From Candidatus Saccharimonadota bacterium (lineage in GTDB: Bacteria; Patescibacteriota; Gracilibacteria; BD1-5; UBA2023): a stretch of DNA of 32,000 nucleotides. The stretch is from contig OY970170.1 of the NCBI GenBank assembly GCA_963706795.1, positions 990,001-1,022,000 of the forward strand. The letters are read 5' to 3'. Within the stretch, counting starts at the first letter, position 1. Each line of letters begins with the position of its first letter. The notes under the pieces are model-generated. The model searched no databases and was not told the origin of the DNA. It saw nothing but the letters and a program-made list of their open reading frames with translations. Made by a program: the position numbers and the translations under genes. Positions 19,231 to 29,600 of this stretch are shown here, one piece after another.

Positions 19231-20136
19231 ATGAACACACCAAATACCAATCTCAGCATTCAGGCCGTAAACCCAAAAGACCTCGCTGAACAGGACATCG
19301 TTCGTCTCAATGAAGTAAGTCAGGATATGTGGGCATCCGAAGCTGGACTCTGAGAGCTCGCACAGTGCACGAGCTGTAGCAAAATGCACTCCAAAGAAGA
19401 CGTATTTTGAGACCTTCCCAAGGAACTCTTCTCAAAAACAGTGGCAGAAATCATGACCGAAATCGGCATACATGATATCAATTGTCATGCCTGTGGCAGT
19501 AAAACGCGCATGGTCTATGGACCAGAAAATGTCGAGTTTATCAAAGAGCGTATTAGAGAAGAAGCCTTCTTAGTACTCTGTCTTAATGATCAAAAAAAGA
19601 TCGTTGGATTTGAAGAATGATATATCTCAAGTCTCCAGAAGATATTTGATCTCGACCTGCACTACCATTACAAAAATGTCGGTCTTCCCGAGATCCGTGC
19701 GCGCGTGAGTCGTGCACTTGATGGGCATGTGCCACCGAGGATGTTGGTGCTTTCTTCGATCGGACTTTTAGAGCCGTATCGCAATTTTAATAATCTCTTT
19801 GAGATTCTTAATCAGTTTTCAAGAGCTATTCCAGATAAATATATTGATCTTCCAGGTATAACGGAGCTGGATAAGGACAACGTTATCCATAGAATGTCTG
19901 CGAAGCTCAATACTGGTATCTCTCTCGGCATCAATGGCTCGCCAGAATGGCAGCATAAAATCACGAATATTGGTGAAAAATATAACACCGATCTCATTGT
20001 CTACCGAGATCCAGTAAGAATCTACAAAGAGAATTTTACGCATGGATCAAAGCAGTTTTTGCGTCTCGCACGTGACAGCAGACCAAAAATTGAAGTGCTC
20101 ACGACCGCCACAGAATCCGAAGCAGTCGCCGCATAG
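19231..20136 (+). CDS. Hypothetical protein with a Cys4 (CxxC...CxxC) insert; possibly a GNAT-like fold (301 aa)
   Basis: ATG 19231. Same frame as track ORF 19705-20136, joined through three TGA codons. Has CTSC...CHAC pairs, then FLVLCLNDQKKIVGFEEGY and LSSIGLLEPYRNFNNLFEIL, which loosely resemble GNAT beta4 / motif A. The family assignment is weak. Confidence 0.7.
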
Positions 20137-20145
20137 TTTTGTAAA

Positions 20146-22326
20146 ATGAGTAGTTCTCTTAAGATTTTATCCGCTTCTCGTAATTGAGGGGCGGATTCTC
20201 GCGAATTATTCATCACTGCATCGCTCATGGGCTACTACGTCAGTCTCTATGCCTTCTCAACTATATTCGCACTGTTTTGAGGAGCGATGGTTTTCCGTAA
20301 ATATCGCAATCCTTCAGGGCTTTTCTTCCTGTTGTTTTCGTTTTTTGCGTGTGCGTGGTTTATTCTCTATTTCCTGTTTTTTTCAGGTATTCCGAACAAG
20401 GATTGGCTGCTGATGATCTCGCGTTTGGACTTCGCAATCGGGATTTTGGGTGTGTACAGTTTGTTAGGCTTTATCTACTTTTTTAATACGAAGCCGTCGA
20501 AACTCTTTGTGAAAGAAGTTCTTTGGATACTTGGATGGATGCTTTCGGTGCTGGCCTTTTATGTATTTACCAAAGGTATCATCGCGGGACTTTATTACGA
20601 AGCGAGTGAAAAAGTATTCCGAGAAATCCCTGGTAAGGTCTTTGCTCTGCATATCGCGCTCCATGCAACCTGTGTATTTTTGTTTTGTTATTTTTCATTT
20701 AAGCAGCTCAAAAAACAAACCTATCTCAATCGCATCCGTCTCAAGCATATCCTGACATCAGCATTTATGCTGGTGTTATTTTTGATTGTTTTCCAGCTCA
20801 TTTTACCTTCTTTTGGTATCTGGATTCTCGAAAAAGAAGTCGTGTTCTCGCTCGCGATTTTTGTCCTCTATATCTATCTTACGATCAATCGTTATTACTT
20901 CTCCCGTGGCTTTGGTATGGGGAAGGCTTCGGTAACAGTACTCTCGGCAGTCCTCTGAGTCTTGCTCTTTGAGCTGATCAAACAAGGATATTTTCCGATT
21001 TATTGAAATCTCCTCGCAAATTATTGGAATCTCACGGATGAGTATTCGATATTGGACCCCGCTCTCGCGATCATCTTCTTTATATTTGTGCATTTCGTAC
21101 TGCGTAAGACACTTCTCGGGAGTACGTACCGACAAGATCTCAAAAAGAAAATGCAGGATATCCACAGAAGTATTTCGCACGCGACTTCTCTTGAGCGTCT
21201 CAATGACTACATCCACATGGGTATCAGAAAGGTCTTTAAGACAACCTTTTCAGAAGTGCGTGTCTTTGTAGATGAGGCTGAAAAGACTGAACTCCAGAGC
21301 TTTTTTGAGTACTTTCCGGACAAGATATTTATTAATGATTTCGTATTTATCGAAGAAAATAAATCTAAATTCGACCGCAAAAAACTCCTTGCCGAAATCC
21401 CAGAAGAAGCCTTTCTCGTACTGCCATTCTTTAATAAAGAGTGAGATGTGTGTACTGGCGTGCTTATTGCAGGTAACAAACTCTTCTGAGATTTTTATAA
21501 CTCCGACGAGATCGAAACCCTCAGGGATTTTTCGTTTGGACTTGGACTTCATATCAAATATATCAAGACATACGGACAAATCCGCGATCTCTCGATTAAT
21601 CTCGATAAAAAAGTCGACCAAAAAACCATGGAGTTCAACAACCTTATCAATCAACAAAAAGAATTCATCAGTGTGATTTCCCATGAGATTAAGTCGCCGA
21701 TTGCGAGTGCGATTTTTCAGGCAGATAGCATGCTCGATGATCTCGCTAATGATGAACTGCCACCAGAATTACTCAAAAAAGAGCTCGATCTCCTTAATAG
21801 TCAGCTCATCAAGACCTGAGAACTCATCTCTACACTCTTCTCTGTGCAGTATTTTGATATCCACTCTGTTTCACTTTTTCGCGAAAATGTGCAAATTAGT
21901 TATTTATTACAGACAGAATATGAAGTATACTCTCGCATGCATGGACATATACAGTTCATGAATGAGATCAGTGATAAGATTGGATTTGCTTCCGTCGATC
22001 GTATCCAGCTGCAGCAGGTTGTTGCCAACCTCCTGAATAATGCAGTCAAATTCATCGACAAACAAGACCCGATTATTCTCGTAAAAGCGGGCAAAAAAGG
22101 CGGATTCATAACGATCACGATCGAAGACAACGGACGTGGATTTCAGTGAATTAACGTAGCGCAACTTTTTGAGAAATATACAACATTCGGAGGAGGCGAA
22201 TCGACGGGTCTCTGAATGGGGCTCTATCTCTGTAAAAAGATAGTTGAAATGCACGGATGAGAAATCACCGCAGGGAATTCCCAAAGATTGTGAGGCGCCG
22301 AATTCACTATCAGGATCCCTGTATAG
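20146..22326 (+). CDS. Multi-pass membrane sensor histidine kinase (726 aa)
   Basis: Five track fragments (20287-20958, 21052-21444, 21628-21819, 21844-22149 and linkers) share frame 1 and are joined by eleven TGA codons. About 8-9 N-terminal TM helices. HisKA H-box is SVISHEIKSPI. HATPase N box is NLLNNAVKF; G1 is DNGRGF. The G2 box TGL-G(TGA 22213)-MGL and MHG-G(TGA 22258)-EI place TGA on canonical Gly. Stop is TAG 22324-22326. The start could instead be ATG 20287. Confidence 0.9.
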
Positions 22327-22347
22327 TAAAACTAAAACAAAACCCCC

Positions 22348-23058
22348 ATGAATATACTCATTATCGAAGATGATGTATTTTTGGCAGGCAAAATATGAAA
22401 AATATTCGAGTCTAAAGTCATTGCCAATCGTGTTAAAATACTTCATTCTTTTACTGAATTTTTAGACGAACTTTCTATTATCAGCTCATACGATATCGTA
22501 CTCACAGATCTCAAGCTCTCGGCCAATAGCAAAGAACTTTGTGGATACAGGATTATCAAAGCTATTCGAGAAAAAAAAGCACAAATGCCGATCGTCGTGA
22601 TCAGCGGTTTTAGTGACATTGACCGACTGAGAGAAGCCTTTGAATACTGAGCCAGTGATTACATCGTCAAGCCTATACGGCTTAAAGAACTCGAGTTACG
22701 AGTCTCGAATTGGTTCAAAAACTACTGTCTCTCTAAGCTGACTTCTGCCTGAAAGGGAAACGTGTATCACTACAAAGAACTCAGTTATCACCTCGATAAA
22801 AACGAATTTTATTTCAAACGAACCCATATTCCACTCACCAAAAACAACAAATACATTCTTTCGCTCTTTTTTACCTCTCCGGAGCGCCTGCTTCGCGAAT
22901 CATTTTTAGTAGAAAAGATCTGGTGAGATATTTGTATTACGGTGGATCGCAATCTCAGGGTGAGTATTTTGCGACTCAAAAATTCGCTCAGTCCTTTTGG
23001 GCTCGATACCTGGATCCACAATATTCGCTGAGAGGGATATATATTTTCGGAAGAATAA
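22348..23058 (+). CDS. OmpR-family response regulator (236 aa)
   Basis: ATG 22348, 21 nt after the kinase stop. Receiver (ILIIEDD...DIVLTDLKL...VKP) plus winged-helix output. Five in-frame TGA codons, including the Gly of the conserved R-G(TGA 23029)-EGY motif. Stop is TAA 23056-23058. Confidence 0.9.
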
Positions 23059-23061
23059 AAA

Positions 23062-23082
23062 ATGTCCTCTAGTCGAGGACAT
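23062..23082. terminator. Shared hairpin between the two convergent two-component operons
   Basis: atgtcctc (23062-23069) pairs with gaggacat (23075-23082). On the - strand it is followed by TTTTTT, giving a good terminator for the - operon. It overlaps the - strand stop codon. Confidence 0.6.
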
Positions 23083-23734
23083 ATCCGTGATTGTAGATCG
23101 TTTTTGGTGTAAAATTACCACTGAGTTTCTTTCGTACTTTGGAGATGGTCGCGTTGATGGTATTATCCGTAATATCGTCGGCCTGACCTCCTCCCCAGAC
23201 GCTTGTCACGAGCTGCTCCCGTGTGAGAATTTTGCCCTGATTTGTGAGAAATAACTCAAGAATCAGGCTTTCTTTTTTGGCGAGATGTACTCCAATATCG
23301 CCGATCTTTACCATCTTGGTATCGATATCGAACACGAGATTTTTGTAGGTTATAATGGTGGAACTCACAAAATTGTTGGGTCGTCTGAGCATTGCCTTGA
23401 TGCGAGCCATAAGCTCCTCAGGCACGAGTGGCTTAATGAGGTAGTCATCTGCACCGAGCTCGAGTCCATAGATGATATTTTGACTATCTCCGTGACCCGA
23501 AACCATGATGATAGGTACATGAGAATTGCGATTTTCGCGCAACCATCTGATGATATCAAATCCACTCCCATCTCCGAGCGAAAGGTCGACAATATAGAGT
23601 TGTGAATCCGCATTGCCACGTCGCATAAAATCTTCGTAGCTGTAGTAGGCACTGGTTGCATAGCCATTTCCTCAGAGCTTTTTCATGACTTTGTTTACGA
23701 GAATTTTTTCGTCATCGATGATTGAAATATGCAT
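23069..23734 (-). CDS. OmpR-family response regulator (221 aa)
   Basis: ATG 23734 (MHISIIDDEKILVNKVMKKL-G-GNGY...). One TGA joins it to track ORF 23069-23626. Has the receiver Asp pocket (IVDLSLGDGSG) and a winged helix (LTREQL...VRKKL...GYVLD). Stop is TAG 23069-23071. Confidence 0.9.
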
Positions 23735-23844
23735 TTGGCCTTTACGGGGAATAGAATAATTATGAAAAGGAGAAAAATTTCTGTGAATTTGAGAAAGTAT
23801 ACCGAGTTGTGCGCGAAGTTCAAATACTCTGAAACAAACAAAAT

Positions 23845-26223
23845 CTATGTGTTTTCTTCTTGCGGATGAGCAACAAGTGGAATAGTAAAATGAAAATTTG
23901 ATCCCATTCACAAGCGGCTTTCTACCTCGATGCGTCCACCCATCTGACTGACGATTTCCTGAGAAATAGCGAGTCATAGTCCGCTTCACATATGTGTCCT
24001 CGTAAAGACATTATCAAGCTGAGAAAATTTTGAAAATATTTTTTTGGTGCCTTCTATATTCATACCGATACCAGTATCGATGACTTCTACTTTGAAGGTT
24101 TCTTTGTTTACTTGGGTTGATCGGACAGTGACGGTTCATCCGCGGGGTGTGAATTTAATAGCATTTCAGATGAGATTGACGAGCACTTGTTTGAGGAGAT
24201 TGGGGTCGGTCGTGATCGCTATGGATTCGTCTGTTTCGAATAGAAAATCAAGTCCGGCTCGCTCTGCAATATTGTCGTACTCGTATTTGATCTCTGCTAA
24301 AAATGTTTGTAGATGGATGGTGCTATTCTCGAATTCCATTTTGCGAGACTCGAGTTTGGCGATATTGAGCATGTCATTGACGAGTTTGATGAGGCGATTA
24401 CTTGAGTCAAACATCACCTCGAGTGGCTTATACATAGGCTCGGCGAGCTCTCAAAAATCTCCTTCGAGCAACATGGATGCGTAACCCTTGATTGAGGTCA
24501 AGGGAGTGCGAAGCTCATGCGAAGCAATATTGATAAAATCATCCTTAAGCGCATTGAGATCCTCAAGGTGTTTGCGTTCTTTTTCGAGGGTACGATATGC
24601 TCGGAGGTCCGTCATCATACCGACACTTCAAGCACTTCCAAGGGGTATTCCGGTGAGTCGGACAGGGATAATTTCACCATCTTTTGCGAGGAGTTCTACT
24701 TCGTATTCGGTTTTTGCGCCCTCGCGCCTGAGAGTAATATTGTCCTCGAGTGATTTTCGGCTTTGCGGTGTAAAAAAATCAAATGACTTCTTGCCAATAG
24801 CTTCTTCGGGTGTGTATTTGGAGAGTTCTGTGAATAGACGATTGACAGATACAGTCGTCTCATCGATATTGCCCATCCAAATCGCCACTGACGAATTATC
24901 GATGATATCTTTGTAGGATTCGGTATACCACTGATGGGTTTTATTGATTTCTTCAACCTTGCTCTTTATATCTATTTGGAGCGACTTATTGAAGTCTTCT
25001 AGCTCTGTCGAGGTCACATTTACGAGATGTAGCAGTGCCTGAATCGTGTCGAGATATCTGCGATTTTTACTCGAAATAAACGGAATGGGCGAGATATGAG
25101 ATCGTTTGTTTTCTTCTGCGTGCTCAGTGAGTCCGAGTACAGTCATCGTTTGATTGAGAAATTCATTGTGCTTGTTCGCATGAAAAAACTCACCATATGT
25201 AAAAAATCCACTTGTGGCTGCAATCATTTCAAGGGGCTGCATCTCGAGTGAGATATGTTCCTGCAAAAATCTGCGCCTCGCCATGCACGAATAAATAAAA
25301 AATGTCTCCATCGTGATATCCTGAAATCGCTCATACATTTTATGAGAAGTTTCTAGGACAAGACGAGCATCGCCAAGTCCAAATTGCACAACTGCTCATT
25401 CGTGAATATTGCCTCAAAATGAGAGCGAGCCATCAGGGTGTTTGGTGAGTGGAGCGCGTGCCACCCTTTGTCCATTCTTTAAAATAATCAGCGGAAACTC
25501 GATACCGATAGCCGGAAGTCTCTCGGCGGTTTCGTTGCCAAAGTATTTTCTGTAGATCTCGGTGGTCGGAATTCCGTCGATCTCATAAACACGATTGCGG
25601 TCAGATTTGGTGATGGTGAGTTTTTTGCCGATACTGATCCAATCAAAGGCGTAGTCACTTTTTACTGTCAGATGTTTACTCTCGAGCGCTGCTCACACGA
25701 TCCCTGTAGTCGAGAGAATTTCTTCTGTAAAAATATATGTCCCAATAAAGGTTCCATTGTCTCCTGCGAGTCCACCAGCAATGACGATGTCGGGATTGAT
25801 GCTCTCGATTCATTTGAGGAGTTCTTCTCCATTGGTGTGAAGTCACTCGCCAAAGAGAATGAGGACTTTGGTGTCGGATTTGCAAATAGCTTTGGTAATT
25901 GCAACTCCTGCTAAAAAGCTGTCGGTTGCAGCATCGGCAATATGTTCGGTCGTAATTTTTGTATTTTCAAAAACACTTATCGAAATCAGGACGCTACCGG
26001 TTGCGACATTGCCGCGGTTAATCTCGCCGTCAGTGGTTGCGCCGATGATCTTTGCAGAGGGGAGAAGTCCTTTGATTTGCATACGAAGATCCTCTAAAAA
26101 AACTCGATCCAAAATCCCCGAAAATACCTGTACCAAGACATTTGGTTCCTCCGAAAAATGGTTGTCTGTTGCAAATGCTTGGAGCTCTTCACGAGAGGTA
26201 TACGTCAGAGTTTTGGTATACAT
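23845..26223 (-). CDS. Cytoplasmic FIST-PAS sensor histidine kinase (792 aa)
   Basis: Track fragments 25843-26223, 24628-25389 and 24166-24435, plus linkers, form one frame with twelve TGA codons. The N-terminal ~400 aa resemble FIST_N/FIST_C (IIGATTDGEI, IAGGLAGDN, EFPLII). A PAS-like segment follows (SVNRLFTELSKYTPEEAIGK). H-box is IASHELRTPL, N box NLI-G-NAIKFT, G1 DTGIGM, G2 M-G-SGL-G-LAIS (TGA 23986 and 23974). Stop is TAG 23845-23847. Confidence 0.9.
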
Positions 26224-26239
26224 AAGGCATTGCTAGAGG

Positions 26240-26752
26240 CTAATCCGTACCATCCGAAAAATCAACAGTTACCTTAATTGCTCTCTGGCATCAGGGGCAA
26301 TGCGCACGTACTACAAAACAACGCTCATGATCCGCAATGGGGATGAGCGTACATTCTGACTCGGTATGAGGAAGACCTAACATCTTTTCAACGATATCGA
26401 GTGCCTGCTTTGGTGTGGTATCAGCCTTGGTTACATATGCGTCGGCTCACATTTGCATGCACTGTTCGACCTCGGTTTTGCTATTGAGATTTGAGAACAT
26501 CACGATTTTTGTCGTGAGAGATGGGGCGAGCCTTCGTATAGTCGAAAGCGTCTCGATCCCATCCATTGATGGCATCATAATATCCAAAAAAAGGATATCT
26601 GGCGTGAACTCGATGATCTCCGTCACTGCATTCAGTCAATTGTCGCAGACTCGGACCTGAAATCCTGCATTCTCGAACTTCACTTTGTACATCGTGGAGA
26701 GTGATTCGTCATCTTCTACGAGCATGACTTTGGGAGTTTCCATACGAGACAT
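26240..26752 (-). CDS. CheY-like receiver protein with a short Cys-containing C-terminal tail (170 aa)
   Basis: ATG 26752 (or 26743). Receiver domain: VMLVEDDESL, FLDIMMPSMDG, Q-M-G(TGA)-ADAYVTKA. The tail CTLIPIADHERCFVVRAHCPGC has 4 Cys. Stop TAG 26240-26242 lies 16 nt before the kinase start. Confidence 0.88.
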
Positions 26753-26812
26753 ATAGGAATATCACCTATGGTATCAGAATTATGGAGCACCCGCCAGTCA
26801 AATTATTGTCGA

Positions 26813-28075
26813 CTATCGAAATGTATTAAGTATAGGATATGCAAACACTACAAATGCTGTCCAGAGCGTGTATACGGGGAGATAGAACCCAATCCATTCT
26901 GTTGTCTTGGAGAGCGGCTTGTTTTTGAGAAGGTGTCCGACGTAGTGATAGAGAATTCCTAAAATATGTACGAATACCAAAATATTCATCCCAAGCACCA
27001 CGACTCTGTTGGGAGTTAAACCATACGAAGCAAGTCTAAAAAGCATTGCTGCGAGTGCGACTCCATCAATCATGAGCGAAATTGCGAGAAGCGCGACCGT
27101 TATAGCACTCGTAAGCTTGCTCAACTTTCAGGCTCAGAGCTTGGATGATTGTTCTGTAAGTACGAAAATGCAAATTGCGAGCACTCAGAGCAACATCGCA
27201 TTAAAACTTATCAAAAATTCTCGATCGATAAAAGGGTTCTTACCTCAAATGATCACCATCACGAGATACGTCACCAAAGTAATAAGGAGAAGTGGAGAAA
27301 ATATTCGTGCAACGAGTGGAGCAATGCGCGATTGGTAGGATTCGCGAATTTCGCTGATATATGTTGCGATAATGGGACACGCAACAGCTCCAAATACTAC
27401 GATCCATTCGACATACCAGTCACGGATATCGATGCCTGTTACCGAAAAGAGTCCGAGAGTGAGGCCTGTAAGAATCCCTCATGTAATGGCGAGTACTCCA
27501 GTATATATGAGCATTTCTCCATTATATTTGAGATAGTCTACTCGTGTCGTTAGGCTCTTGTATTTTGGTAAAATATACGCAAGTCCGACCACTGACCACA
27601 AAAAGAATGGCATATGCAGGAGTGCAAGCATGAGTGTATCCGAAGAACCTGGACTCGGGAGTAGATTGGCATAGAGGGCAGTACCAGCAAAGAGGATCAC
27701 TGGAATGAGCGCCTGTTTAAGAGTCGCTTTTTTCTTTGCTAAGAAGTATGCAGCAAGGCCCGCAAGTACAAAGATGGGAGTATTTCTCTCATAATACCAA
27801 CTAGCATCAATCGAAGAGAAAATCGCAGGAAGCTTTGCAAATACGCCTACAACGAGTGCAATTAGAATAACAACTGCGAGTGGGGGCATCTGAGTCGATG
27901 CTTCTTTTTTTGAAGCCTCGAAGTGGATTCGCTCGTTCCACACTTTGAGGATTTGGGAGTTCGGATATTCCAAAAATATGGCGTCGAACTCTTTTTCGAA
28001 TGCTTGAGGATTCTCTCGGTAGAGGGATTCCAATCAAGCGGTATTTTTAAGGTTTTCTAGGATGCGATCTTTCAT
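26813..28075 (-). CDS. Polytopic integral membrane protein, unknown function (420 aa)
   Basis: ATG 28075. Fragments 27479-28033 and 26813-27124 plus the 27125-27478 linker share one frame through six TGA codons. A ~50-aa soluble N-terminus is followed by about 10 hydrophobic helices. Stop is TAG 26813-26815. Confidence 0.8.
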
Positions 28076-28258
28076 GTCAGATGATTAAGAATACCAAATT
28101 TGCGGAGCTCTTTTAAAACATTCGCAATCCTCAGGATACAGATGAACTATGATTCTGCAAAGAAGAGAATATCAATTTGTCTTCACTTCAAACTCACATG
28201 CTTCTTTTTGGAAATGTGCTTTTGGTGTGGATAATGATTGTCTCTTATCCTTCTTTTT

Positions 28259-29584
28259 ATGAAGCTCCGTTTGCGATTTTTTGCTCTTTGTTTAGCGGGA
28301 ATAATCATGACTCAGACAGTGTGAGCGGCCTTTCCGGATATAGAGCATTCTTGGTATAAGTCCTCCATTAATTCACTCTCGGATGCTGGGGTTATTAGTG
28401 GCTATGATGACGGCAATTTTGGTCCGGAAGCACTCGTCACTCGCGCCGAAGTTCTTAAAATGGTCATGAAAATGGCCAAGATCGAAATCTCAAAAGATAC
28501 ATCCGAACAGTGTTTCCCTGATGTTGCAGTAACACAGTGGTACCATCCATATATCTGTACTGCTAGTACACTCTGAATCGCGAAGGGATTTGATACAGGG
28601 AAATTCTGACCCAATGATACGGTTACCACTCTTGAAGCGCTGACTTTTGGACTGCGAGTCTTTAAGCTCGCGCCGGAGCAAACTGGGGCTCATTGGTATG
28701 ATGCGTACCAAAAACTCGCAGATGGATTTAATATCATCAAGACGCACGAATACACGCTCTCAACCAAGATTTCTCGTGGCAAGACCGCTGAGCTCATCGA
28801 GCGCATTGCGGCATATAATGCCACAAAATCAAAGCTAGATTTTAAGAGTCCAGGATGTGTAAAGCCTGGTTCGCTGGCCAAAGAAAATTTCATCAAGATC
28901 GATGGTATCAATCGTGAATACAATCTTGCGGTGCCGAGTTCGTATTCAAAAACACAAACCTATCGACTGATTATTGCCATCCATGGCCGAACAAATAGCA
29001 ATGACATGGTGCAAGGATACATGGGCCTAGATAGTTCTCGTCGTGGTACACAAACGGATTCCATCGTGGCATATCCGGCTGGGGTCGCTGTAAAGGGCGG
29101 ATATTCGTGGAGTGAATACTCAAATATTAAATTCTTTGATGCAATGATCGATCAGATCGCTGCAAATTATTGCATCGATCGCAATCAGATAGATATTGTT
29201 GGACACTCACTTGGCGGCTGGTTTGCAAATAAGCTTGCTTGTCTGCGCGGTGATGTGATCCATGGATTATTTGTAGTTGGCGGACCGAGTTATTCAGGAG
29301 AATGTACCGGACCTGTGGCTACTCTTCTCATGCACAGAACGGATGATGCACTTGTGCCATATGCGTGAGGTAAAGCAGCAGAATCCTTCCATAAAGTAGT
29401 CAATCAGTGTTCGAATATGTCTCACGATATCACATTGGCATGATATATTGGACGACAGTGGGATGGATGTACTTCGGGTGATCCCGTTATGTGGTTCGAA
29501 AAATATACAACTTTCCAGAATGATCCTCATAGCTGGCCAAAGTCTGGCGGAGCTGCGGCGTTGGAGTTTTTTAGGGGGTTGTAG
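28259..29584 (+). CDS. Secreted SLH-domain esterase (alpha/beta hydrolase, PHB-depolymerase/feruloyl-esterase-like; 441 aa)
   Basis: ATG 28259 gives the signal peptide MKLRLRFFALCLAGIIMTQTV-G-AA. Three SLH-like repeats follow (FPDIEHSWY...GVISGYDDGNFGPEALVTRAEV, FPDVAVTQWY...GFDTGKFGPNDTVT, HWYDAY...ISRGKTAE). The hydrolase core has YRLIIAIHGR and the nucleophile elbow GHSLGG. Five in-frame TGA codons. Stop is TAG 29582-29584. Confidence 0.85.
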
Positions 29585-29600
29585 GGAATGATTCTAGGTA

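Noticed and set aside
28177-28359. ORF 28177-28359 (+), 60 aa and hydrophobic, ending in TAA.
   Set aside because: It overlaps out of frame with the better-supported start of the SLH esterase at 28259. That start gives a classical signal peptide running directly into the first SLH repeat.
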